A stretch of DNA of 64,000 nucleotides from the human T2T-CHM13v2.0 reference genome, Homo sapiens. Each line of letters begins with the position of its first letter. Within the stretch, counting starts at the first letter, position 1. The position numbers and the translations under genes are program-made. The notes below the pieces were generated by a model. That model made no database searches. It had not been told where the DNA came from and saw only the letters and a program-made list of their open reading frames with translations. The DNA lies in assembly GCF_009914755.1 (NCBI RefSeq), contig NC_060933.1; one strand, written 5' to 3'. Below, in pieces: positions 14,461-28,500 of the stretch.

Positions 14461-17400
14461 CCATTCCATTCCATTCAATTCCATTGCATTCCATTCCAGG
14501 TGATTCCATTCCATTGCATTCCATTCCATTCCATTCCCCTGCACTCGGGTTGATTCCATTCCATTCCATTCCATTTCATTCCATTCCGTTCCATTCCATT
14601 CCATTCCATTCTATTCTGGTTAATTCCATTCCATTCCTTTCGATTCCATTCCATTCCATTCCATTCCATTGCAATCGAGTTGATTCCATTCCATTCCATT
14701 CCATTCCGTTCCGGATGATTCCATTCCATTCCATTCCATTCCATTCCCCTGCACTTGGGTTGATTCCATTCCATTCCATTCCATTCCATTCCATTCCATT
14801 CCATTCCATTCCATTCCATTCCATTCCGTTCCATTCCATTCCATTCCATTCTATTCGGGTTAATTCCATTCCATTCCATTCCATTCCATTCCAATCGAGT
14901 TGATTCCATTCCATTCCATTCCATTCCATTCCACTCCATTCCAGTCCTTTCCATTCCATTACACTCGGGTTGATTCCATTCTATTCCTTTCCATTCCATT
15001 CCATTCCATTGCAATCGAGTTGATTCCATTGCTTTGCATTCCATTCCATTCCATTCCATTCCGGATGATTCCATTCCATTGCATTCCTTTCCATTCCATT
15101 CCCTTGCACTCGGGTTGATTCCATTCCATTCCACTCCATTCCGTTTCATTCCATTTCATTCCGTTCCATTGTATTCGGGTTAATTCCATTCCATTCCATT
15201 CCATTCCATTCCATTCCATTCCATTCCAATCGAGTTGATTCCATTCCATTCCATTCCATTCCATTCCATTTCATTCCATTCCAGTCCTTTCCATTCCATT
15301 CCACTCGGGTTGATTCCATTCTATTCATTTCCATTCCATTCCATTCCATTGCAATCGACTTGATTCCATTGTTTTGCATTCCATTCCTTTCCATTCCATT
15401 CCGGATGATTCCATTCCATTGCATTCCGTTAAATTACATTCCCCTGCACTCGGGTTGATACCATTCCATTCCATTCCATTCCATTCCATTCCGGATGATT
15501 CCATTCCATTGCATTCCATTCCATTCCATTCCCCTGCACTCGGGTTGATTACATTCCATTTCCTTCCTTCCATTCCTTTCCATTCCATTCCATTCCATTC
15601 TATTCGGGTGAATTCCATTCCATTCCATTCCATTCCATTCCATTCCATTCCATTCCGTTCCGTTCCATTCCAGTCCATTCCATTCTATTAGGGTTAATTC
15701 CTTTCCATTCCATTCGATTGCAATCGTGTTGATTCCATTCCATTCCATTCCGTTCCATCCCATTCCATTCCATTCCTTTCCATTCCATTACGGATGATTC
15801 CATTCCATTGCATTCCATTCCATACCATTCCCCTGTACTCGGGTTGATTCCATTCCATTGCATTCCAATCCATGCCCTTGCACTCGTGTTGATTCCATTC
15901 TTTCCATTCCATTCAAGTTGAATCCATTCCATTGCATTCCATTCCATTCGATTCCATTCGATTGCACTCGGGTTGATTCCATTCCATTGCATTCCATTCC
16001 ATTCCATTCCATTCCATTCCATTCCAATCCATTCCGTTCCATTCCATTCCATTACATTCGGATTGATTCTATTCAATTCCCTTACACTCCATTACATTCC
16101 ATTCCATTCAGGTAGTTTCCATTCCATTCCATTCCATTCCTCTCCATTCCATTGCACTCGGGTTGATTCCATTCCATTGCATTCCATTCCATTCCATTCA
16201 ATTCCATTCCGTTCCATTCCATTCCATTACATTCGGATTGATTCTATTCAACTCCCTTACTCTAAATTACATTCCATTCCATTCGGGTTGTTCCATTCCA
16301 TTCCATTCCATTCCACTCCATTCCATTGCACTCGGGTTTATTCCATTCCATTCCATTCCATTCCATTCCATTCCATTCCGGAAAATTCCATTCCATTGCA
16401 TTCCATTCCATTCCATTCCCCTGCACTCGCGTTGATTCCATTCCATTCCATTCCATTCCATTCCATTCCATTCCTTTACGTTCCATTCCATTCCGTTCCA
16501 TTCCGTTCCATTCCATTCCATTCCACTCGTGTTTATTCCATTCCTTTCCATTCCATTCGGTTTGAAAGCATTCCATTCCATTCCATTCCATTCCATTCCA
16601 TTCCATTCCATTCCATTCCATTCCATTGTACTCGGGTTGATTCCATTCCATTGCATTCCATTCCATTCCATTCCATTCCATTCCTTTGCATTCCATTCCA
16701 TTACATTCGGATTGATTCTTTTCAACTCCCTTACTCTCCATTACATTCCATTCCATTCGGGTTGTTCCATTCCATTCCATTCCATTCCACTCCATTCCAT
16801 TGCACTAGGGTTGATTCCATTCCATTCCATTCCATTCCATTCCGGATGATTCCATTCCATTGCATTCCGTTCCATTACATTCCCCTGCACTCGCGTTGAT
16901 TCCATTCCATTCCATTCAATTCCATTCCATTACAATTCGTTCCATTCCATTCTATTCCGTACCATTCCATTCCATTCCATACCATTCCATTCCATTCCAT
17001 TCCATTCCATTCCGTTCCATTCCGTTCCATTGCATTCCATTCCATTCTATTCGGGTTAATTCCATTCCATTCCATTCCATTCCATTCTATTCCATTCCAT
17101 TGCAATCGAGTTGAATCCATTGCATTTCATTTCATTCCATTCCATTCCATTCCATTCCACTCGAGTTGATTTCATTCCATTCCTTTCCATTCCATTCCAT
17201 TCCTTTCCACTCGAGTTGATTCCATTCCATTCCATTCCATTGCATTCCATTCCATGCCATTCCACTCGGGTTGATTCCATTCCATTCCATTCCATTCCAT
17301 TCCATTCCATTCCATTCCATTCCATTGCATTCCATTCCATTCCTTTCCCCTACACTCGGGTTGATTCCATTCCATTCCATTCCATTTAATTCCATTCCAT

Positions 17401-20400
17401 TCCATTCCATTCCATTCCAATCCGTTCCATTCCATTCCATTCTATTCCATTGCATTCGACTTGATTCCATTCCATTCCATTCCATTACATTCCATTCCAT
17501 TACATTCCATTCCATTTTGTTCCAATCCATTCTATTCCGAACCATTCCTTTCCATTCAATTCCATTCCATTCCTTTCCATTCCATGCCATTCCACTCGGG
17601 TTGATTCCATTCCTTTCCATTCCATTCGGGTTGAATCCAATCCACTCCATTCCATTCCATTCGAATCCATTCAATTGCACTCGGGTTGATTCCATTCCAT
17701 TCCATTCCATTCGATTCGATTCCATTCCATTCCATTCCGTTCAATTCCATTTCATTACATTCAGATTGATTCTATTCAATTCCCTTACAGTCCATTATAT
17801 TCCAATCCATTCTGGTTGTTTCCATTCCATTCCATTCCATTTCACTCCATTCCATTGCACTCGGTTTGTTTCCATTCCATTCCATTCCATTCCATTCCGG
17901 ATGATTCCATTCCATTGCATTCCATTCCATTCCATTCCCCTGCAGTCAGGTTGATTCCATTGCATTCCATTCCACTCCATTCGGTTCCGTTCCATTCCAT
18001 TCTATTGCATTCCATTCTATTCGTGTTAATTCCATTCCATTCTATTCCATTCCATTCCATTCCATTCCATTGCAATGGAGTTGATTCCATTCCATTCCAT
18101 TCCATTCCGGATGATTCCATTCCATTGCATTCCATTCCATTCCATTCCCCTGCACTCGTGTTGATTCCATTACCTTCCATTCCATTCCATTCTGTTCCAT
18201 TCCATTGCATTCCATTCTATTCCGGTTAATTCCATTCAATTCCATTCCATTCCATTCCATTCCATTGCAATCGAGTTGATTCAATTCCATTCCTTTCCAT
18301 TCCATTCCATTGCCTTGCATTCCAATCGGGTTGATTCCATTCCCTTCTTTCCACTCCATTACATTCCCTTCCATTCCACTCGGAATGATTGATTCCATTC
18401 CATTCCATTCCATTTCATTCCGTTGCAATCCATTCCAATCTATTCCATTCCATTCCATTTCACTCGAGTTGATTTCATTCCATTCCTTTCCATTCCATTC
18501 CATTCCTTTCCACTCGAGTTGATTCCATTCCATTCCATTCCATTGCATTCTATTCCATGCCATTCCACTCGGGTTGATTCCATTCCTTTGCATTCCATTC
18601 TATTCCATTCCATTCCATTCCATTCCATTCCATTCCATTCCGTTGCATTCCATTCCATTACATTCGGATTGATTCTATTCAACTCCCTTACTCTCCATTA
18701 CATTCCATTCCATTCGGGTTGTTCCATTCCGTTCCATTCCATTCCACTCCATTCCATTGCACTCGGGTTGATTCCATTCCATTCCATTCCATTCCATTCC
18801 ATTCCGGATGATTCCATTCCATTGCATTCCGTTCTATTACATTCCCCTGCACTCGTGTTGATTCCATTCCATTCCATTCCATTCCATTCAATTCCATTCC
18901 ATTACAATTCGTTCCATTCCATTCTATTCCGTACCATTCCATTCCATTCCATACCATTCCATTCCATTCCATTCCATTCCGTTCCATTCCGTTGCATTCC
19001 ATTCCATTCCATTCTATTCTGGTTTATTCCATTCCATTCCATTCCATTCCATTCTATTCCATTCCATTGCAATCGAGTTGAATCCGTTGCATTTCATTCC
19101 ATTCCATTCCATTCCATTCCATTCCGGAAGATTCCATTCCATTGCATTCCATTCCATTCCATTCCCCTGCACTCGCGTTGATTCCATTCCATTCCATTCC
19201 ATTCCATTCCATTCCATTCCGTTCCATTCCGTTCCATTCCGTTCCATTCCATTCCATTCCATTCCATTCCGTTCCGTTCCGTTCCATTCCATTCCATTCC
19301 ATTCTATTCGGGTTAATTCCATTCCATTGCATTCGATTGCAATCGTGTTGATTCCATTCCATTCCATTCCATTCCATTGCATTCCATTCCATTCCTTTCC
19401 ATTCCATTACGGATGATTCCATTCCATTGCATTCCATTCCATTCCATTCCCCTGTACTCGGGTTGATTCCATTCCATTGCATTCCAATCCATGCCCTTCC
19501 ACTCGTGTTGATTCCATTCTTTGCATTCCATTCAAGTTGAATCCATTCCATTGCATTCCATTCCATTCGATTCCATTCGGTTGCACTCGGGTTGATTCCA
19601 TTCCATTGCATTCCATTCCATTCCATTCCATTCCATTCCATTCCATTCCGTTCCTTTCCATTCCATTACATTCGGATTGATTCTATTCAATTCCCTTACA
19701 CTCCATTACATTCCATTCCATTCGGGTAGTTTCCATTCCATTCCTCTCCATTCCATTGCACTCGGGTTGATTCCATTCCATTGCATTCCATTCCATTCCA
19801 TTCAATTGCATTCCGTTCCATTCCATTCCATTACATTCGGATTGATTCTATTCAACTCCCTTAGTCTCCATTACATTCCATTCCATTCGGGTTGTTCCAT
19901 TCCATTCCATTCCATTCCACTCCATTCCATTACACTCGGGTTTATTCCATTCCATTCCATTCAATTCCATTCCATTCCGGAAGATTCCATTCCATAGCAT
20001 TCCATTCCATTCCATTCCCCTGAACTCGCGTTGATTCCATTCCATTCCATTCCATTCCGTTCCATTCCATTCCATTCTATTCCTTTCCATTCCTGTCTTT
20101 TCCATTCCATTCCACTCGGGTTGATTCCATTCTATTAGTTTCCATTCCATTCCATTCCCTTCCATTCCACTCTGGTTGATTCCATTCCTTTCCATTCCAC
20201 TCGAATACATTCCCTCCTATTCCACTCGGAACGATTCCATTCCATTCCATTCCATTCCATTCCATTCCATTCCATTTCGTTCCATTCCATTCTATTCCGT
20301 ATCGTTCCATTCCATTCCATTCCATTCCATTCCATTCCATTCCACTCGTGTTGATTCCATTCCTTTCCATTCCATTCGGTTTGAAGGCATTCCATTCCAT

Positions 20401-23400
20401 TCCATTCCATTCCATTCCATTGTACTCCGGTTGATTCCATTCCATTGCATTCCATTCCATTCCATTCCATTCCGTTGCATTCCATTCCATTACTTTCGGA
20501 TTGATTCTATTAAACTCCCTTACTCTCCATTACATTCCATTCCATTTGTGTTGTTCCATTCCATTCCATTCCATTCCACTCCATTCCATTGCACTCGGGT
20601 TGATTCCATTCCATTCCATTCCATGCCATTCCATTCCATTCCATTCCGGATGATTCCATTCCATTGCATTCCGTTCCATTACATTCCCCTGCACTCGCGT
20701 TGATTCCATTCCATTCCATTCCATTCCATTCAATTCCATTCCATTACAATTCGTTCCATTCCATTCTATTCCGTACCATTCCATTCCATTCCATACCATT
20801 CCATTCCATTCCATTCCATTCCATTCCGTTCCATTCCGTTCCATTCCATTCCATTCCATTCTATTCGGGTCCATTCCATTCCATTCCATTCCATTCCATT
20901 CCATTCCATTCCATTCCCGAAGATTCCATTCCATTGCATTCTTTTCCATTCCATTCCCCTGCACTCGCGTTGATTCCATTCCATTCCATTCCATTCCATC
21001 CATTCCGTTCCGTTCCGTTCCATTCCATTCCATTCCATTCCATTCCATTCCATTCCATTCCGTTCCATTCCATTCCATTCCATTCTATTCGGGTTAATTC
21101 CATTCCATTCCATTCGATTGCAATCGAGTTGATTCCATTCCATTCCATTCCATTCCATTCCATTCCATTCCATTCCATTCCATTCCTTTCCATTCCATTA
21201 CGGATGATTCCATTCCATTGCATTCCATTCCATTCCATTCCCCTGTACTCGGGTTGATCCATTCCATTCCATTCCAATCCATGCCATTCCACTCGTGTTG
21301 ATTCCATTCTTTCCATTCCATTCAAGTTGAATCCATTCCATTGCATTCCATTCCATTCCATTCCATTCATCTGCAGTCGGGTTGATTCAATTCCATTCCA
21401 TTCCATTCCATTCCATTCCGTTCCGTTCCGTTCCATTCCATTCCATTCCTCTCTATTCGGGTTAATTCCATTCCATTCCATTCGATTGCAATCGAGTTGA
21501 TTCCATTCCATTGCATTCCATTCCATTCCATTCCTTTCCATTCCATTACGGATGATTCCTTTCCATTGCATTCCATTCCATTCCATTCCACTGCACTCGG
21601 CTTGATTGCATTCCATTCTATTCCAATCTATGCCATTCCACTCGTGTTGATTCCATTCTTTGCATTCCATTGAAGTTGAATCCATTCCATTGCATTCCAT
21701 TCCATTCGATTCCATTCGATTGCACTCGGATTGATTCCATTCCATTGCATTCCATTCCATTCCATTCCATTCCATTCGGATTGATTCTATTCAATTCCCT
21801 TACACTCCAATACATTCCATTCCATTCGGGTAGTTTCCATTCCATTCCATTCCATTCCTCTCCATTCCATTGAACTCGGGTTGATTCCATTCCATTCCAT
21901 TCCATTCCATTCCATTACATTACATTCCATTCCATTCCGTTCCATTGTACTCGGGTTGATTCCATTCCATTGCATTCCATTCCATTCCATTCCATTCCAT
22001 TCCATTCCATTCCGTTCCATTCCATTCCATTACATTCGGATTGATTCTTTTCAACTCCCTTACTCTCCATTACATTCCATTACATTCGTGTTGTTCCATT
22101 CCATTCCATTCCATTCCACTCCATTCCATTGCACTCGGGTTGATTCCATTCCATTCCATTCCATTCCGGATGATTCCATTCCATTGCATTCCGTTCCATT
22201 ACATTCCCCTGCACTCGGGTTGATTCCATTCCATTCCATTCCATTCCATTCGATTCCATTCCATTCCCCTGCACTCGCGTTGATTCCATTCCATTCCATT
22301 CCATTCCATTCCATTCCATTCCATTCCTTTCCATTCCAGTCCTTTCCATTCCATTCCACTCGGGTTGATTCCATTCTATTAGTTTCCATTCCATTCCATT
22401 CGCTTCCATTCCACTCTGGTTGATTCCATTCCTTTCCATTCCACTCGAATACATTCCCTCCTATTCCACTCGGAACGATTCCATTCCATTGCATTCCATT
22501 CCATTCCATTCCATTTCGTCGCATTCCATTCTATTCCGTATCATTCCATTCCATTCCATTCCATTCCATTCCATTCCATTCCACTCGTGTTGATTCCATT
22601 CCTTTCCATTCCATTCGGTTTAAAGGCATTCCATTCCATTCCATTCCATTCCATTCCATTCCATTCTATTCGGGTTAATTCCATTCCATTCCATTCGATT
22701 GCAATCGAGTTGATTCCATTCCATTCCATTCCATTCCATTCCATTCCTTTCCATTCCATTACGGATGATTCGACTCCATTGCATTCCATTCCATTCCATT
22801 CCCCTGTACTCGGGTTGATTCCATTCCATTCCATTCCAATCCATGCCATTCCACTCGTGTTGATTCCATTCTTTCCATTCCATTCAAGTTGAATCCATTC
22901 CATTGCATTCCATTCCATTCCATTCCCCTGCAGTCTGGTTGATTCTATTCCATTCCATTCCATTCCATTCCATTCCATTCCGTTCCGTTCCGTTCCATTC
23001 CATTCCATTCCAATCTATTCGGGTTAATTCCATTCCATTCCATTCCATTCCATTCCATTCCATTCCAATCGAGTTGATTCCATTCCATTCCATTCCATTC
23101 CATTCCACTCCATTCCAGTCCTTTCCATTCCATTCCACTCGGGTTGATTCCAATGTATTCCTTTCCATTCCATTCCATTCCATTGCAATCGAGTTGATTC
23201 CATTGCTTTGCATTCCATTCCATTCCATTCCATTCCGGATGACTCCATTCCATTGCATTCCATTCCATTGCATTCCCCTGCACTCGGGTTGATTCCATTC
23301 CATTCCACTCCATTCCGTTGCATTCCATTCCATTCCATTGTATTCGGGTTAATTCCATTCCATTCCATTCCATTCCATTCCATTCCATTCCATTACAATC

Positions 23401-24330
23401 GAGTTGATTCCATTCCATTCCATTCCATTCCAGTCCTTTCCATTCCATTCCACTCGGGTTGATTACATTCTATTAGCTTCCATTCCATTCCGTTCCCTTC
23501 CATTCCACTCTGGTTGATTCCATTCCATTCCATTCCACTCGAATACATTCCCTCCTATTCCACTCGGAACGATTCCATTCCATTCCATTCCATTCCATTC
23601 CATTCCATTCCATTCCATTCCATTCCATTCCATTCCATTTCGTTCCATTACATTCTATTCCGTATCATTCCATTCCATTCCATTCCATTCCATTCCATTC
23701 CATTCCACTCGTGTTGATTCCATTCCTTTCCATTCCATTCGCTTTGAAGGCATTCCATTCCATTCCATTCCATTCCATTCCATTCCATTCCATTCCATTC
23801 CATTGTACTCGGGTTGATTCCATTCCATTGCATTCCATCCCATTCCATTCCATTCCAATCCGTTGCATTCCATTCCATTACATTCGGATTGATTCTATTC
23901 AACTCCCTTACTCTCCATTACATTCCATTCCATTCGGGTTGTTCCATTCCATTCCATTCCATTCCACTCCATTCCATTGCACTCGGGTTGATTCCATTCC
24001 TTTCCATTCCATTCCATTCCATTCCGGATGATTCCATTCCATTGCATTCCGTTCCATTACATTCCCCTGCACTCGCGTTGATTCCATTCCATTCCATTCC
24101 ATTCCATTCCATTCAATTCCATTCCATTAGAATTCGTTCAATTCCATTCTATTCTGTACCATTCCATTCCATTCCATACCATTCCATTCTATTCCATTCC
24201 ATTCCATTCCATTCCATTTCGTTCCATTCCGTTCCATTCCATTCCATTCCATTCTATTCGGGTTAATTCCATTCCATTCCATTCCATTCCATTCCATTCC
24301 ATTCCATTCCATTCCAATCTATTCCATTCC

Positions 24331-24420
24331 ATTGCAATCGAGTTGAATCCATTGCATTTCATTCCATTCCATTCCATTGCAATCGAGTTGAATCCATTGC
24401 ATTTCATTCCATTCCATTCC
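24331..24420 (+). repeat. Local tandem duplication of a 45-bp module ATTGCAATCGAGTTGAATCCATTGCATTTCATTCC...
   Basis: Copies start at 24331 and 24376. The doubled module is inherited at ~45350 and at 63526/63581 (period 55 there). Confidence 0.85.
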
Positions 24421-25599
24421 ATTCCATTCCATTCCGGAAGATTCCATTCCATTGCATTCCATTCCATTCCATTCCCCTGCACTCGCGTTGATTCCATTCC
24501 ATTCCATTCCATTCCATTCCATTCCGTTCCGTTCCGTTCCATTTCATTCCATTCCATTCCATTCCATTCCGTTCCATTCCATTCCATTCCATTCCATTCT
24601 ATTCGGGTTAATTCCATTCCATTCCATTCGATTGCAATCGAGTTGATTCCATTCCATTCCATTCCATTCCATTCCATTCCAATCGAGTTGATTCCATTCC
24701 ATTCCATTCCATTCCATTCCACTCCATTCCAGTCCTTTCCTTTCCATTCCACTCGGGTTGATTCCATTCTATTCCTTTCCATTCCATTCCATTCCATTGC
24801 AATCGAGTTGATTCCATTGCTTTGCATTCCATTCCATTCCATTCCATTCCGGATGATTCCATTCCATTGCATTCCATTTCATTCCATTTCCCTGCACTCG
24901 GGTTGATTCCATTCCATTCCACTCCATTCCCTTCCATTCCATTCCATTCCATTGTATTCGGGTTAATTCCATTCCATGCCATTTCATTCCATTCCATTCC
25001 ATTCCATTCCATTCTATTACAATCGAGTTGATTCCATTCCATTCCATTCCACTCCATTCCATTCCATTCCAGTCCTTTCCATTCCATTCCACTCGGGTTG
25101 ATTCCATTCTATTAGTTTCCATTCCATTCCATTCCCTTCCATTCCACTCTGGTTGATTCCATTCCTTTCCATTCCACTCGAATACATTCCCTCCTATTCC
25201 ACTGGGAACGATTCCATTCCATTCCATTCCATTCCATTCCATTCCATTCCATTCCATTCCATTTCCTTCCATTCCATTCTATTCCGTACCATTCCATTCC
25301 ATTCCATTCCTTTCCATTCCATTCCATTCCATTCCACTCTTATTGATTCAATTCCTTTCCATTCCATTCGGTTTGAAGGCATTCCATTCCATTCAATTCC
25401 ATTCCATTCCATTCCATTCCATTCCATTCCATTCCATTCCATTGTACTCGGGTTGATTCCATTCCATTCCATTCCATTCTATTCCATTCCGTTGCATTCC
25501 ATTCCATTACATTCGGACTGATTCTATTCAACTCTCTTACTCTCCATTCCATTCCATTCCATTCGGGTTGTTCCATTCCATTCCATTCCATTCCACTCC

Positions 25600-28500
25600 A
25601 TTCCATTGCACTCGTGTTGATTCCATTCCATTCCATTCCATACCATTCCATTCCATTCCATTCCATTCCATTCCGTTCCATTCCGTTCCATTCCATTCCA
25701 TTCCATTGCAATCGAGTTGATTCCATTCCATTCCATTCAATTCCGGATGATTCCATTCCATTGCCTTCAATTCCATTCCATTCCCCTGCACTCGGGTTGA
25801 TTCCATTCCATTCCATTCCATTCCATTCCATTCCATTTCATTCCATTCCATTTCGTTCCTTTCCATTCTATTCCGTACCATTCCATTCCATTCCATTCCA
25901 TTCCATTCCATTCCATTCCATGCCATTCCACTCGGGTTGATTCCATTCCTTTCCATTCCATTCGAGTTGAATCCATTCCAATCCATTCCATTCCATTCGA
26001 TTCAATTCCATTGCACACGGGTTCATTCCATTCCATTCCATTCCATTCCATTCCATTTCGTTCCATTCCATTCTACTCCGTACCATTCCATTCCATTCCA
26101 TTCCATTCCATTCCATTCCACTCCATGCCATTCCACTCGGGTTTATTCCATTCCTTTCCATTCCATTCGGGTTGAATCCATTCCATTCCATTCCATTCCA
26201 TTCGATTCCATTACATTGCACTCGGGTTGATTCCATTCCATTCCATTCCATTCCATTCCATTCCATTCCATTTAGTTCCATTCCATTCTATTCCATACCA
26301 TTCCATTCCATTCCATTCCATTCCACTCCATTCCATGCTATTCCTCTCGGGTTTATTCCATTCCTTTCCATTCCATTCGGATTGAATCCATTCCTATCCA
26401 TTCAATTCCATTCCACTCGATTCCATTACATTGCACTCGTGTTGTTTCCATTCCATTCCATTCCATTCCATTTCATTCTATTCCATTCCATTCCATTCCA
26501 TTCCATTCCATTCCATTCCATTCCATTCCATTCCATGCCATTCCACTCGGGTTGATTCCATTCCTTTCCATTCCATTCGAGTTGAAACCATTCCATTCCA
26601 TTCCATTCCATTCCATTCCATTCCAATCCATTGCACACGGGTTCATTCCATTCCATTCCATTCCATTCCATTCCATTCCATTCCATTTCGTTCCATTCCA
26701 TTCTATTCCGTAGCATTCCATTCCATTCCATTCCATTCGTTTCCATTCCATTCGGGTTGAATCCATTCCTTTCCATTCCATTCCATTCAATTCCATTCCA
26801 TTGAACTCGGGTTGATTCCATTCCATTCCATGCCATTCCATTTCATTCCGTTCCATTCCATTCCATTACATTCGGATTGATTCTTTTCAATTCCCTTACA
26901 CTCCATTCCATTCCATTCCATTCGGGTAGTTTCCGTTCCATTCCATTCCATTCCACTCCATTGCATTGCACTCGGGTTGATTGACTCCATTCCATTGCAT
27001 TCCATTCCATTCCATTCCATTCCGGATGAATCCATTCCATTGCATTCCATTCCATTCCATTCCCCTGCACTCGGGTTGATTCCATTCCATTCCATTCCGT
27101 TCCATTCCATTCCATTCCATTCCATTCTGTTCAGGTTAATTCCATTCCATTCCATTCCATTCCATTCCATTCCATTCCATTCCATTCCATTCCATTCCAT
27201 TGCAATCGAGTTGTTTCCATTGCATTCCATTCCATTCCATTCCATTGCATTCCATTGCATTCCATTCCCCTGCACTCAGTTTGATTCCATTCCATTCCAT
27301 TCCATTCCATTCCATTCCATTCCATTCCGGATGATTCCATTCCATTGCCTTCCATTCCACTCCATTCCCCTGCACTCGGGTTGATTCCATTCCATTCCAT
27401 TCCATTCCATTCCATTCCATTCCATTCCATTCCATTCCATTTCGTTCCATTCCACTCTATTCCATACCATTCCATTCCATTCCTTTCCATTCCAATCCAT
27501 GCTGTTCCACTCGGGTTGATTCCATTCCTTTCCATTCCATTCGAGTTGAATCCATTCCATTCCTTTCCGTTCCATTCCATTCCATTCCATTCCATTTCGT
27601 TCCATTCCATTCTATTCCGTACCATTCCATTCCATTCCATTCCATTACATTCCATTCCATTCCGTTCCATTCCATTCCATGCCATTCCACTCGGGTTGAT
27701 TCCATTGCTTTCCATTCCATTTGGGTTGAATCCATTCCATTCCATTCCATTCCATTCCATTCCATTCCATTCCATTGCACTAGGTTTGATTCCATTCCAC
27801 TGCATTCCATTCCATTCCATTCCATTCCGTTCCATTCCATTCCATTACATTCGGATTGATTGTATTCAATTCCCTTACACTCCATTTCATTCCATTCCAT
27901 TCGGGTTGTTTCCATACCATTCCATTCCATTCTATTCCATTTCGTTCTATTCCATTCTATTCTGTACCATTCCATTCCATTCCATTCCATTCCATTCCAT
28001 TCCATGCCATTCCACTTGGGGTGATTCCCTTCCTTTCCATTCCATTCGGGTTGAATCCATTCCATTCCATTCCATTCCATTCCATTCCATTCCTTTCCAT
28101 TCCATTGCACACGGGTTGATTCCATTCCATTCCTTTCTGTTCCATTCCGGATGACTCCATTCCATTGCATTCCATTCCATTCCATTCCCCTGCTCTCGGG
28201 TTCATTACATTCCATTCCATTTACTTCCATTCCATTCCATTCTATTCCATTCTATTCCATTCTATTCGTGTTAATTCCATTCCATTCCATTCCATTCCAT
28301 TCCATTCCATTCCATTGCATTCCATTGCATTCCATTGCAATCGAGTTGATTCCATTCCATTCCATTCAATTCCGGATGATTCCATTCCATTGCCTTCAAT
28401 TCCATTCCATTCCCCTGCACTCGTTTTGATTCCATTCCATTCCATTCCATTCCATTCCATTTCATTCCATTCCATTTCGTTCCATTCCATTCTTTTCCGT

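Larger units (their letters stand above)
1..25600 (+). repeat. HSat3 variant domain type 1 (also 35954-37323, ~40011-46600, ~60700-64000)
   Basis: Characteristic words: CATTACGGATG, CATTCTTTCCATTCCATTCAAGTTGAATCC, CGGGTTGTTCC, TTCCGGAAGATTCC, TCGATTGCAATCGA, CTCGAATACATTCCCTCCTATTCCACTCGGAACG, CGGTTTGAAGGC. Frequent -1 pentamer phase shifts. Confidence 0.8.
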
